A program made the translations under genes and the position numbers. From Escherichia coli (GTDB lineage: Bacteria > Pseudomonadota > Gammaproteobacteria > Enterobacterales > Enterobacteriaceae), in assembly GCA_026712295.1 (NCBI GenBank), contig GCA_026712295.1_4694.1: DNA of 41,342 bases, one strand, 5' to 3'. The notes beneath the pieces are model-generated. The model was not told the DNA's origin, searched no databases, and was given only the letters and a program-made list of their open reading frames with translations. Every line of letters begins with the position of its first letter. The stretch's first letter is position 1. This document shows, piece after piece, positions 19,431 through 28,280 of this stretch.

Positions 19431-19489
19431 GATTGTGTTTCCTCTTAAAGTTAGAACTTAAAGTATCTTAAAGTTTAGGAAGCCCGAAG

Positions 19490-19512
19490 GCTCCCAATAG
19501 TGAGTCGTATTA
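19490..19512 (-). promoter_or_regulatory. T7-type promoter (phi1.1A-like)
   Basis: Minus strand TAATACGACTCACTATTGGGAGC. Confidence 0.8.
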
Positions 19513-19519
19513 GATTCCG

Positions 19520-22171
19520 TTAGGCAAACGCAAAGTCTGACTTAAGGATTTCTTGCAGGTCCAGAGAACCTTTAGCTGGCATCTCAGGCATCTTGTCAAG
19601 CTGTGATTCGTGCAACTGGTCAGCAAATTGCTCATAGAAGTCTGCAAGTACATCGTTCTCTTCGTAAGTGTTGACCATCGTTTCACGCACTGCTTTAAAC
19701 AGGTTGCCAGCATCAGCAGGGATAGTACCAAAGGAGTCGTGAATCAGTGCGAACGATTCCACACCGTAGACCTCATTGGAGCGGACCACAGTCATGCGCA
19801 GGTGGCTACCATCCATTGAGTGGACAAAGTTAGGTGCGATGCCTGACTCCTGCTTACGAGCATCAATTCCGCTATCCTTGTTGGTGTTCACGGTAGGCTG
19901 TAGACGAATCTGGCCTAAGAACATCAGGTTCAAGCGTGTCTGTACTGGCTTCTTGTATTCCTGCCAGACCGGGAAGCCATCAGGAGTAACCCAATGTACC
20001 GCACAGCGTTTGCGCAGAACCTCTTTTGTCTTCTTGTCCTTGACTTCAGCAGCCAGCAGTTTAGCAGCAGACTTCAGCCAGTTCATTGCTTCAACCGCAG
20101 CGACCACTGTCACCGTTACCGCGTTCCAAATCAGTTTAGCCATGTAGCCAGCCGCTTGGTTCGGTTGAGTGAACATCAAGCCCTTGCCATCGTCGATAGC
20201 TGGCTGAATTGTATCCTCTAGCACTTGGTCACGGAAGCCATACTCTTTGGAACCATACGCCAAGGTCATAACGGAACGCTTAGTCTCCTTACGAGTAACA
20301 CCGTATGCTAACCATTGACCAGCCAGTTCCTTCGTGCCCAGCTTGAGCTTCTCAGTGATTTCCCCTGTGTCCTTATTGGTCACGGTTTCGACTTCGTTGT
20401 CGGTGCCATTTATTACATCTTGCTTCAGAATCTCGTTGACACGTTCCGCTACGATGCGGTAGATGTCTTGTACCTCTTTGCTTGGCAGCAGGTTAACCGC
20501 ACGACCACCAATCTCATCACGGAGCATCGCGGAGAAGTGCTGAATACCGGAGCAGCTACCATCGAACGCCAGCGGAAGAGAGCAGTTGTAGTTCATCCCG
20601 TGGTGTTGCACACCTGCATACTCGAAGCAGAACGCGAGGAAGCAGAACGGAGAATCTTGCTCGGCCCACCAAGTGTTAGCAATCGGGTCAGCCGCAACGC
20701 TCATGATGTTCTCATGGTTGTCATCAATGAACTTGATGCGTTCTGCAAAGTCCACCTTGTCCACGCCAGCAGTGTTAGCACCGTGAATCTTCAGCCAGTA
20801 GTACCCATCGACACCGATTGGTTTACCTTTAGCCAACGTCAGCAAGCCTTTGGTCATGTCGTTGCCTTGCGGGTTAAACATCGGCACAGCATACACACGA
20901 CCGCGCCAGTCCATGTTCATTGGGAACCAGATAGCTTTGAACTGTGCGAACTTATTGGCCTGACCTAACATGAACTCCATGCTCATGCGGCGTGACACTC
21001 GTGCCTTCTCTTTGCGGTAGATTGCGGAGGCCGCTTTCTTCCACGCTTTCAGAGCCGCTTCGTTCGTGTCGATGTCATCAGGTTTGACCGGGAGTTCTCC
21101 ACGTTCCAGAGCGGGTACATCTTCAACCGGGCAATGCTTCCAGTTCACAATCTCGTTGACCACTGCCAGAACCTTCTTGTTAATCTTCCAAGGAGTATTC
21201 TGTGCGATGTTCACGGCCTTGTAAACTTCAGGCATGTACACATCGTTGTAACGCTCAAGTCCCTTCTTGCTACCAGTGCGAACCAGAGAGAGAGGCTTGC
21301 GACCAGCAGCCCAATAGCCACCACCGACCGGAGAAGTCCAAGGCTTAGGTGGGACCACGCAAGGCTGATACATTGGAGCGATTGCAGCCAGTGCACCAGC
21401 ACGTTTAGATAACAGGTCAACGTATTGTTCGGTCAGTTGGATGTACTCGCCATCCTTCTCGATGTTCCCAGCGAACGGGCGGTGTAACTCAACGAGACCA
21501 GTAGACCCAATGAGCAGTTCCAACATGCGCACACCAACGTGAATTGATTCTTCAGGTGTCCATGTGGTCCACTTGGTTTGCAGTTGACCAGCATCAAGCA
21601 TCTTGCCTTCTACAGCTTGCATGAATGCTTTCTTGTAGACGATACCAACGCGCTTGTTCAGTGCCTCCTGTACGTGGTTCTTAAAGTGCTTCGCTTCTTC
21701 GTCACGGATGCGACCAAAACGCAGTTCATCCTCAATACTGCGACCAATCTTAGTGGCGACCGATTGCAGGTTGGTGAACTCTTCTTTCGTCAAGCAAGCG
21801 AGTGTGACCTTCAGTGTGATAAATGCAGCAGCTTCAGGTGCAACCTTCTGTACCAGATTGTAGGCTACTGGACGCTTGCCACGCTTCGCTTCCACTTCAG
21901 TGAACCAATCGTTCCACGCCTCGATAAACTTCGGTGCGAGAGATGACAGGAGCGGTTTAGCCACTGCGTTATCACCGAACTCACCCGCTTTGATTTGACG
22001 TTCCATTGCCTTAAGAAAACGCTTCTCGCCTTCGGTGTGCGCTTCGTGCTCAAGCTGTAACTGCGTAGCTGCAAGCTGTGCGCCGTAATGGTCAGCCAGA
22101 ATGTTGTATGGCATGATTGCGTTAGCGATGTCAGAGAAGTCGTTCTTTGGTGCGTTGATTACGTTAGTCAT
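19520..22171 (-). CDS. 1: DNA-directed RNA polymerase gp1 (single-subunit), 883 aa
   Basis: Same length as T7 RNAP; long identical blocks (MFNPQGNDMTKGLLTLAKGKPIG, WWAEQDSPFCFLAFCFEYAGVQHHG, AFDGSCSGIQHFSAMLRDE, ALIHDSFGTIPADA, C-terminal FAFA). Confidence 0.97.
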   Translation of the reverse strand: MTNVINAPKNDFSDIANAIMPYNILADHYGAQLAATQLQLEHEAHTEGEKRFLKAMERQIKAGEFGDNAVAKPLLSSLAPKFIEAWNDWFTEVEAKRGKRPVAYNLVQKVAPEAAAFITLKVTLACLTKEEFTNLQSVATKIGRSIEDELRFGRIRDEEAKHFKNHVQEALNKRVGIVYKKAFMQAVEGKMLDAGQLQTKWTTWTPEESIHVGVRMLELLIGSTGLVELHRPFAGNIEKDGEYIQLTEQYVDLLSKRAGALAAIAPMYQPCVVPPKPWTSPVGGGYWAAGRKPLSLVRTGSKKGLERYNDVYMPEVYKAVNIAQNTPWKINKKVLAVVNEIVNWKHCPVEDVPALERGELPVKPDDIDTNEAALKAWKKAASAIYRKEKARVSRRMSMEFMLGQANKFAQFKAIWFPMNMDWRGRVYAVPMFNPQGNDMTKGLLTLAKGKPIGVDGYYWLKIHGANTAGVDKVDFAERIKFIDDNHENIMSVAADPIANTWWAEQDSPFCFLAFCFEYAGVQHHGMNYNCSLPLAFDGSCSGIQHFSAMLRDEIGGRAVNLLPSKEVQDIYRIVAERVNEILKQDVINGTDNEVETVTNKDTGEITEKLKLGTKELAGQWLAYGVTRKETKRSVMTLAYGSKEYGFRDQVLEDTIQPAIDDGKGLMFTQPNQAAGYMAKLIWNAVTVTVVAAVEAMNWLKSAAKLLAAEVKDKKTKEVLRKRCAVHWVTPDGFPVWQEYKKPVQTRLNLMFLGQIRLQPTVNTNKDSGIDARKQESGIAPNFVHSMDGSHLRMTVVRSNEVYGVESFALIHDSFGTIPADAGNLFKAVRETMVNTYEENDVLADFYEQFADQLHESQLDKMPEMPAKGSLDLQEILKSDFAFA

Positions 22172-22194
22172 TGTTGCCTCACGTTGTTAAGAAA

Positions 22195-22240
22195 GTTTAT
22201 CTATAAAGGCCAGCAGTCAGTGCCGACCTTGAAGATACAC
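22195..22240 (-). promoter_or_regulatory. RNase III-type processing hairpin (R1-like)
   Basis: GTTTATCTATAAAGGCCAGCAGTCAGTGCCGACCTTGAAGATACAC between genes 0.7 and 1. Confidence 0.5.
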
Positions 22241-22244
22241 CTTA

Positions 22245-23330
22245 TCAGCCTTGCAGTTGTGCGTCAAGTAACTTGTCAATGTTCAGAGGGAGACCCGCTT
22301 GGATTGCTAGGCGGTCCCCTAGTTGCCACTTGAGGCCGTTCACTTGTTCAACCTTGCGTGCCGCTGAGGGACCATTGCGGAACCAGAAGTTATTCCATGC
22401 AGACCCCATGAGCATCTCAGCGCGGCGTTCGTTCCTATCAATGGCCCTGCGTTCGATGCGACCTTTAACAAACTGTGCCATACCTTTGACGTGTAACTTA
22501 CGGTTACGCTTGCGGCGTTTCATTGCGGCCTTGCGGTTAACCTGAAAGGAGCCGTTAGGGTCACGCTTGGCCTTGCGGTTGCGACATCGTTCAATCATGC
22601 GTTCTTGCGCTACAGCCTCGACCTCGGCCAGCAGTGCTTCAGGGTCCAGAGGGAAACCGTCCTCACGTTCACGGTCATGTGAGAAGCTGACTGGGTCAGT
22701 GATGTACGGAACATCGTTATCGTCGAACATAATGTTCCCGCTGTGCATGTCGAAAGATGCAATCCCTTTGAAGAACTCACGAATCATTTTGCAAGTCTCG
22801 ATGAACTCGTAGTCACCCGGTGCAAAGTCGCTTGCGTCATGGCAATCCGACTCCACAAAGTAACGTGCGAGGTCAGCGTATACCTCATGGTCATAATTAT
22901 CGTCGTCACAGCTATGTAAGCGGTCCAGTACGACCGTATAGCAACCTGCATGACGTGCTACGTGATAGATGTTAGGGATACCCGCTCGGCCTTGGTGCAT
23001 CCTACAGAATGCAGTGTATGCTGCGCCTGAATCCTCTTTCTTAAAGCCAACCTTGATGACTCGACCCGGTAACATTTCGTGCGAGTAGGCCGCACTAAAA
23101 TGACCATTACCCAACATACGAAAACCTGCATCACGCATGAGAGCGCCCAAGGTGTTCCACCAGTCCTGATACTCAAGACACTGCGACCCGTTTGTATCGT
23201 TACCATCGCATGTTTCACCGTTCACGATGTCAGCAGCCAGTGCAACCAGAAGAGGCTGGCGCTTGTCCAAGTCACTAATCGGAAGAGACTTGATGATTTC
23301 CAGACGTGCCTGAATGTCGGTGTAGTTCAT
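22245..23330 (-). CDS. 0.7: Ser/Thr protein kinase and host shut-off protein gp0.7, 361 aa
   Basis: Similar to T7 gp0.7 (LPISDLDKRQ, GNGHFSAAYSH, VIKVGFKKEDSGAAYTAFCRM, GIASFDMHSGNIMF). Confidence 0.9.
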   Translation of the reverse strand: MNYTDIQARLEIIKSLPISDLDKRQPLLVALAADIVNGETCDGNDTNGSQCLEYQDWWNTLGALMRDAGFRMLGNGHFSAAYSHEMLPGRVIKVGFKKEDSGAAYTAFCRMHQGRAGIPNIYHVARHAGCYTVVLDRLHSCDDDNYDHEVYADLARYFVESDCHDASDFAPGDYEFIETCKMIREFFKGIASFDMHSGNIMFDDNDVPYITDPVSFSHDREREDGFPLDPEALLAEVEAVAQERMIERCRNRKAKRDPNGSFQVNRKAAMKRRKRNRKLHVKGMAQFVKGRIERRAIDRNERRAEMLMGSAWNNFWFRNGPSAARKVEQVNGLKWQLGDRLAIQAGLPLNIDKLLDAQLQG

Positions 23331-23355
23331 TAGATTGTGTCCTATTTAGTTAGAT

Positions 23356-23493
23356 TTAGATGTTGTTGAGCTTGCGGTTGGTGCGCAGTTCACGCTTAAG
23401 GCGTTCGATTCGCTGTTTCATTGCGAAGCCATCAGGTGTGCAAACTGTAGCGCCGTTCTTGGTATGGATAGGCATAACGTAATGTTTCAGCAT
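23356..23493 (-). CDS. 0.6: gp0.6-like small protein, 45 aa
   Basis: Track ORF (alternative start) trimmed to ATG at 23493; MLKHYVMPIHTKNGATVCTPDGFAMKQRIERLKRELRTNRK nearly identical to T7 gp0.6A; weak RBS. Confidence 0.65.
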   Translation of the reverse strand: MLKHYVMPIHTKNGATVCTPDGFAMKQRIERLKRELRTNRKLNNI

Positions 23494-23521
23494 GATATTA
23501 ATCCCGTGCGTTGTTTCAAAA

Positions 23522-23569
23522 GTGATAATCATAAAGGCCACTCGCTAGGAGCGACCTTGAGTTTATCAC
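23522..23569 (-). promoter_or_regulatory. RNase III-type processing hairpin (R0.5-like)
   Basis: GTGATAATCATAAAGGCCACTCGCTAGGAGCGACCTTGAGTTTATCAC, reverse complement of the T7 R0.5 sequence. Confidence 0.65.
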
Positions 23570-23614
23570 TGGTTAGACTAAAAGGCTATTGTCCAGTGCG
23601 TGCAAATCGCGCCA

Positions 23615-23815
23615 TCAGTCATTCCAGCCTGCACATGTTGCTTGGTGTATCACGCAGGCTTGGTATTCTTCCTGCGCCAAAACCTCGTTCACCCAATGCG
23701 TGACTTGTTTACCGTATCGTACAACGTAGGTGCTACCCATTGCCCCGTGATCATACTCTCGCAGTGTTACAGTGCATTGACCTTTGATTTTAGATGTTGC
23801 CAGAAGTTTACTCAT
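23615..23815 (-). CDS. Hypothetical protein, 66 aa, at the position of T7 gene 0.4 but unrelated in sequence
   Basis: Track ORF 23615..23860 trimmed to ATG at 23815 with AGGA RBS; MSKLLATSKIKGQCTVTLREYDHGAMGSTYVVRYGKQVTHWVNEVLAQEEYQACVIHQATCAGWND. Confidence 0.5.
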   Translation of the reverse strand: MSKLLATSKIKGQCTVTLREYDHGAMGSTYVVRYGKQVTHWVNEVLAQEEYQACVIHQATCAGWND

Positions 23816-23840
23816 GGTGTTAGTCCTATTGCATGTTAAA

Positions 23841-23888
23841 TGATAATCATGAAAGGCCACTCATATTGAGCGACCTTGAGTTTATCAC
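23841..23888 (-). promoter_or_regulatory. RNase III-type processing hairpin, second near-identical copy
   Basis: TGATAATCATGAAAGGCCACTCATATTGAGCGACCTTGAGTTTATCAC; paralogous to the element at 23522..23569. Confidence 0.55.
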
Positions 23889-24347
23889 TTACTGTACTTG
23901 CCAGCGGCGACCGAACTCATCAATAGTGAAGCAGCCTTTCAGTGCCTCGGTGCGTGGGACTTCTTGGAAGCTACCATGTAGACGTTCAGCTTTGTACCCG
24001 TCGATGCCTTTAGCGTACACTAAGCCAGCCGTGTGAGTCTGTGATTTATAGACCAGCACGCAATCTTGTTCCCACTCATTACATGCCAGACGTGCGACAT
24101 TGAGAACCTGTGCCTTGTCTTTACAACGTACACGGATTGTTTTCTCTTCAGTTGGTGCACTTGAGATGGCTTCGCGGTAACAGCCAGTTAAATCGGTAGA
24201 CTCAACGCTACCATAAAGACCCGGTGCGTTGCGCAGGTTGTTAACCATGTGGCGGTGGCGACTCATGTTGACCTCATCGTCGAGGTTAGAACGGAATGCG
24301 CTTACCAGTACATAGAAAACATTAGCTTGCTCTTTAGTGTGAATCAT
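23889..24347 (-). CDS. 0.3: S-adenosyl-L-methionine hydrolase (T3-type gene 0.3 anti-restriction protein), 152 aa
   Basis: Track ORF trimmed to ATG at 24347 with GAGG RBS; near-identical to T3 SAMase (ANVFYVLVSAFRSNL, RHRHMV, APGLYGSVESTDLTGCYREAISSAPTEEKT, CFTIDEFGRRWQVQ). Confidence 0.9.
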   Translation of the reverse strand: MIHTKEQANVFYVLVSAFRSNLDDEVNMSRHRHMVNNLRNAPGLYGSVESTDLTGCYREAISSAPTEEKTIRVRCKDKAQVLNVARLACNEWEQDCVLVYKSQTHTAGLVYAKGIDGYKAERLHGSFQEVPRTEALKGCFTIDEFGRRWQVQ

Positions 24348-24361
24348 GATGATTGCCTCGA

Positions 24362-24407
24362 TGTTGGTTACAGTGATTATCATAAAGGCTTCTCTTTCGA
24401 GTCACCT
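24362..24407 (-). promoter_or_regulatory. RNase III-type processing hairpin (R0.3-like)
   Basis: TGATTATCATAAAGGCTTCTCTTTCGAGTCACCTTGAGTTAATCGC directly upstream of gene 0.3. Confidence 0.5.
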
Positions 24408-24535
24408 TGAGTTAATCGCTAGTGCCGCCATCTCAAGAGTGCTATTGTCACCAAATTGTTAAAGAGCTTTAAGTGCAGGTTTGTTAGCACCGAGTCCCTT
24501 TCAGTGTAGGACTTCACAAGAACGTTATGTCGTAC

Positions 24536-24565
24536 ATCTTACATCTTGTTGTTGCTACTTGTCAA
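24536..24565 (-). promoter_or_regulatory. Host sigma70 early promoter (A3-like)
   Basis: Minus strand TTGACA - 18 nt - TAAGAT; homologous in sequence and order to T7 A3. Confidence 0.7.
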
Positions 24566-24631
24566 CTACTTTTGTTTCTCACCGTGACACCTCATGTTGT
24601 TTCAGAGGGCGACCAGTTGTTGACGACTGCT

Positions 24632-24660
24632 ATACTACGTTATTGCTTTCGTTGAGTCAA
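24632..24660 (-). promoter_or_regulatory. Host sigma70 early promoter (A2-like)
   Basis: Minus strand TTGACT - 17 nt - TAGTAT. Confidence 0.7.
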
Positions 24661-24766
24661 CCACTTTCGTGTGTCTGGTTGATGACTACTTGAGACATTC
24701 CCGCCTCACCAGATAACTCTAGGTCTTGTCTAGTGGTTGGTAGCGCTGTGTCTCTCAACGGTTGCT

Positions 24767-24795
24767 ATAGTCTCATAAGCTATTATCAATGTCAA
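24767..24795 (-). promoter_or_regulatory. Host sigma70 early promoter (A1-like)
   Basis: Minus strand TTGACA - 17 nt - GACTAT followed by AGCAACCGTTGAGAGACACAGCG, homologous to the T7 A1 region. Confidence 0.65.
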
Positions 24796-24896
24796 CCCTC
24801 AATCTTAAAGAATCTCAAAGTCTCTCTTTAAGTGGTCTTATAGTCTCTTATAGTCTCTTATAGTGGACATAAAGAGAGGATGACCAGTATTAGCTA

Positions 24897-24919
24897 TTCC
24901 TCAATAGTGAGTCGCATTA
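24897..24919 (-). promoter_or_regulatory. T7-type promoter (phiOL-like, left-end replication promoter)
   Basis: Minus strand TAATGCGACTCACTATTGAGGAA, upstream of the sigma70 promoters as phiOL is in T7. Confidence 0.65.
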
Positions 24920-25117
24920 AAGGCTATTGACTATCAGCCACCTTTAAGGCACTATAGGCACTCAGTCGATTCTACTTGTCCCTCTCATCACTCAGGGACT
25001 GCTAAACAGAGTGAGATAGTGATTTCCCTTTGTGACGAAGCCTATTGGTCACTGATAAACATAAGGCACTGACTGAAGGTTAACATAAGGATAGGCAGCC
25101 ATAAGGATAGACATAAG

Positions 25118-25547
25118 GAGGTGACATAAGGTGATAACTCTAGGGTCACTTACAGATAGGGACACAGAGAGGACTACATATAGTGGTCATAAGGTATCAC
25201 TAAGCACCATATCTAGTGGTTACACCTAGAGTTAACCCAATGTCTCACAAAAGGATTGACTTCAGGTAAACCATGAGTTACCATAGAGGAAGGCTCTTTG
25301 GGTGGACTGAAGGAGGCCATAGGGGGGGGGGAGAGGTGACATAAGGTGATAACTCTAGGGTCACTTACAGATAGGGACACAGAGAGGACTACATATAGTG
25401 GTCATAAGGTATCACTAAGCACCATATCTAGTGGTTACACCTAGAGTTAACCCAATGTCTCACAAAAGGATTGACTTCAGGTAAACCATGAGTTACCATA
25501 GAGGAAGGCTCTTTGGGTGGACTGAAGGAGGCCATAGGGGGGGGACT
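25118..25547. repeat. Two adjacent copies of the direct terminal repeat (~214 bp each, 25118..25332 and 25333..25544); junction marks the linear genome ends
   Basis: Copies identical except terminal G-run (10 G vs 8 G); internal motif ACAGATAGGGACACAGAGAG is shared with the T7 terminal repeat; CATAAGG heptamers flank both sides. Confidence 0.8.
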
Positions 25548-25796
25548 CGGTGTTTATGAACTATGAGATACTCACTCAGATTTTTCTGTAGGATTCTTAA
25601 AGGGGTACATCAAGTCTCATAAGGTTAACCACAGAGGCTATATCATAAGGTGAGACTACGTGAGAGACCCTAAGAGACCCTGTAGACCATAGAGGGTACA
25701 TAAGGGTTACTCTTAGAGTTGACTTCTTACAGTGATTATAGGGAAGATGAATATCGACCATAATCACTAAGAGCGCACTAAGCGCCAATGAGTAGT

Positions 25797-25952
25797 CTAA
25801 GAAACACAAGTGAGTAGAGAACAAAGCAGAGTCTCCAGTTCACCGATGTGTTCAGCACTAGATGCGAGGCCAATGGAAGCAGCAAGTACAACGAGAAATT
25901 TGTAGGTCACTCGATGCGTTGCCAGTGTCTTGAGCACGGATAGTAAGCGCAT
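25797..25952 (-). CDS. 19.5: gp19.5-like small membrane protein, 51 aa
   Basis: AAGGAGG RBS then ATG; MRLLSVLKTLATHRVTYKFLVVLAASIGLAS... resembles T7 gp19.5 (HRVTYRFLVVL); not in ORF track. Confidence 0.65.
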   Translation of the reverse strand: MRLLSVLKTLATHRVTYKFLVVLAASIGLASSAEHIGELETLLCSLLTCVS

Positions 25953-26108
25953 AGAGCGTCCTCCTTGTTATACTTGATGGTTACACTGATAGTAGGGATG
26001 TAATTACTATTACCATCATCCCTCACTGTAAGGTCTCTAAGAGTTAGTCACTAAGTATGCACTTTGCATATGCAGTCTTTAAGTGTCTTTAAGTTGTCTT
26101 AGGGTGCC

Positions 26109-26131
26109 CTTCCCAATAGTGAGTCGTATTA
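26109..26131 (-). promoter_or_regulatory. T7-type promoter (phiOR-like), duplicated copy
   Basis: Minus strand TAATACGACTCACTATTGGGAAG. Confidence 0.7.
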
Positions 26132-26397
26132 ATTTCTTCATGTATATCAGTAAGTTACTTAACGGTAACGTAGCGGTACTAAGTGCTTACCTATGCACCT
26201 TTCCCGCATACTTATCTATTACCACTCAATGAAGCAGCTAGAGTCTCCATCATCCTCATAGTAGATGTCCACGCCACCAACATCGTAGCTATGGATAGCA
26301 TCACCACCAATGGTCTGTTTCTCCATGTGGTGTTCAAGGAACTCAAGGGTCATCTCTTCTTCAATCTTTAAGTGTCTTTAAGTTGTCTTAGGGTGCC

Positions 26398-26420
26398 CTT
26401 CCCAATAGTGAGTCGTATTA
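26398..26420 (-). promoter_or_regulatory. T7-type promoter (phiOR-like, right-end promoter downstream of gene 19)
   Basis: Minus strand TAATACGACTCACTATTGGGAAG. Confidence 0.75.
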
Positions 26421-26507
26421 ATTTCTTCATGTATATCAGTAAGTTACTTAACGGTAACGTAGCGGTACTAAGTGCTTACCTATGCACCTTTCCCGCATAC
26501 TTATCTA

Positions 26508-28265
26508 TTACCACTCAATGAAGCAGCTAGAGTCTCCATCATCCTCATAGTAGATGTCCACGCCACCAACATCGTAGCTATGGATAGCATCACCACCAAT
26601 GGTCTGTTTCTCCATGTGGTGTTCAAGGAACTCAAGGGTCATCTCTTCTTCACCTACACGGCTGTCCACAAGCATCCCTTCACGAAGGAACTCGATACCC
26701 AATGCGATAGCATCAATGCGGTCATCGTGTGCCACAGCGCCTCGCTCACGGGTCATACGGGTCATCTGATAGAACGCACTGTAGCGGACATCATGTTTCC
26801 CATCAAGGTCACGAGCAGTCTGGTAGTCCTCACGGATAACCTCATCACGAATGACCAGCTTGTGGGCACCCATCAACGGTTCGATAGTATCGCAGATTCG
26901 CATCTCCTTCATGCCCTTAGCACGGATTTCCTCTAAGGCACACTTATGGTGCTTCAGGAGAATCGGAGAGAAAATCTTACCGAACATACCGTCACCGAAG
27001 TTGGACTCGTGGACTACTGTCTGTACCTTCCACTGCTTGGCCTTCTTAGCGAGCTTCTCTAGGGTAGCATCATCGTAACCACCACGGAACCCACCGACTT
27101 CCATCAAGTAGATATAACCATTAAGTGAGTAGAGGACTGCGTACCCGGTCTCATCCTTACCACGACCACTTGGGTCAATGACCAGAATCTTAGACTGATA
27201 CTCAGCGGTACGAGAAGAGCACGTATGGAACGCATGGATGTCGTCACCCTTCAGACCAACGTTAGGGAGTTCCTCATTGCGGTTCTGACGGTTCGGCAAC
27301 CACTGGTAAGACAATGGGGCACGTTCAGGGTCCACAGCGCACACGATAGCATCACGGAGTCGTAGCGGGTACTTCTCGGCATCACTAAGGTTCGGGTTAA
27401 GCATGAACTGAAGTGTGTAGCCAGCTTTACCATATTCGAGTTCACGTTCACGGAGGTCATCCATATCGAATCGAACAGGGTCAGTAGGTTGACCGCGAAG
27501 TAACTCATAGCCTTCATCATACTCTTGCTTGAGCATAGGAGCCAGTCGGTCGCCATAATAGAGAGCCTCAGCGTCATTACGTGGATACTGTGCTGGCCAG
27601 ATTACTGTGCTGTACCCTTTGTTATCCTCAAGTTCCTTGTAGAGCGTCATCTCAGTTTGAGGTGTGCCAAGGTAGATAACACGAGAGGTAGGCAGCGGCT
27701 TAAGTAATGCAGCGAACTCAGTTACCAACGTCCAGAGCTTCTCACGAGCAGAACTCGTAGAGCTATTACCGGGAACCTCAACGTCATCTGCGATAATGAT
27801 GTCAGCACGGCTACCAGTTAACTGACCAGTGATACCTACAGACTTCACAGAGGGTGAGTGGTCGGGTTTAGCCAAGCCAACATCGAAGCTAATCACGGAG
27901 TCACGCTGTCCCGGTCGAGGTTTCAACTCAGAGAGGAACGGAAGGAGGTCGATGATGTTCTTGATGAAGATGGAGTTAGCATCAGCACGTTCCTTAGAGG
28001 CAGACACGATGAGAACCTTAAGTTGAGGGTCTCGCCATAAGACCCACACGACGAACGCACAGGTGATAAAGGACTTGCCGATACCACGGAACGCCTGAAG
28101 GATAAACTTCTTGTGGTCGCCGTTAGCGAGTGTACGTGCCATATCAATCTGACACTTGGTTGGTTTAGGTAAGTTCAGAGCCTTCCATAAGACGAACAGG
28201 AAGGCCACGAAGTCACCCTTAAGTTGCGCCACGATGAGCGCATTCTTGTTTGCTTGAGTAGACAT
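26508..28265 (-). CDS. 19: Terminase large subunit (DNA maturase B) gp19, 585 aa
   Basis: Walker A-like GIGKS, strong similarity to T7 gp19 (one residue shorter than T7); GGAGG RBS. Confidence 0.95.
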   Translation of the reverse strand: MSTQANKNALIVAQLKGDFVAFLFVLWKALNLPKPTKCQIDMARTLANGDHKKFILQAFRGIGKSFITCAFVVWVLWRDPQLKVLIVSASKERADANSIFIKNIIDLLPFLSELKPRPGQRDSVISFDVGLAKPDHSPSVKSVGITGQLTGSRADIIIADDVEVPGNSSTSSAREKLWTLVTEFAALLKPLPTSRVIYLGTPQTEMTLYKELEDNKGYSTVIWPAQYPRNDAEALYYGDRLAPMLKQEYDEGYELLRGQPTDPVRFDMDDLRERELEYGKAGYTLQFMLNPNLSDAEKYPLRLRDAIVCAVDPERAPLSYQWLPNRQNRNEELPNVGLKGDDIHAFHTCSSRTAEYQSKILVIDPSGRGKDETGYAVLYSLNGYIYLMEVGGFRGGYDDATLEKLAKKAKQWKVQTVVHESNFGDGMFGKIFSPILLKHHKCALEEIRAKGMKEMRICDTIEPLMGAHKLVIRDEVIREDYQTARDLDGKHDVRYSAFYQMTRMTRERGAVAHDDRIDAIALGIEFLREGMLVDSRVGEEEMTLEFLEHHMEKQTIGGDAIHSYDVGGVDIYYEDDGDSSCFIEW

Positions 28266-28280
28266 TGTGGCCTCCTATTG

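Larger units (their letters stand above)
26076..26653. repeat. Perfect tandem duplication, 2 x 289 bp (26076..26364 and 26365..26653) covering the last 146 nt of gene 19 and the phiOR-like promoter
   Basis: Copies identical base for base; gene 19 remains intact, the copy at 26076..26364 carries a 3' gene fragment plus a second promoter. Confidence 0.95.

Noticed and set aside
24841-24870. Short tandem repeat TAGTCTCTTA x ~2.5 near the phiOL-like promoter
   Set aside because: Too short and too few copies to call a distinct element; part of the AT-rich left-end region that in T7 also contains short reiterated motifs.
25322-25331. Poly-G tract (10 G; 8 G in the second repeat copy at 25537..25544) as a possible phase-variation switch
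   Set aside because: It lies in the non-coding terminal repeat; length difference between copies is more simply explained by homopolymer sequencing error.
25597-25824. Minus-strand ORF of 75 codons between gene 19.5 and the terminal repeat
   Set aside because: Overlaps the 3' end of the better-supported gene 19.5, no convincing RBS, lies in the repeat-rich terminal region where T7 has no gene.
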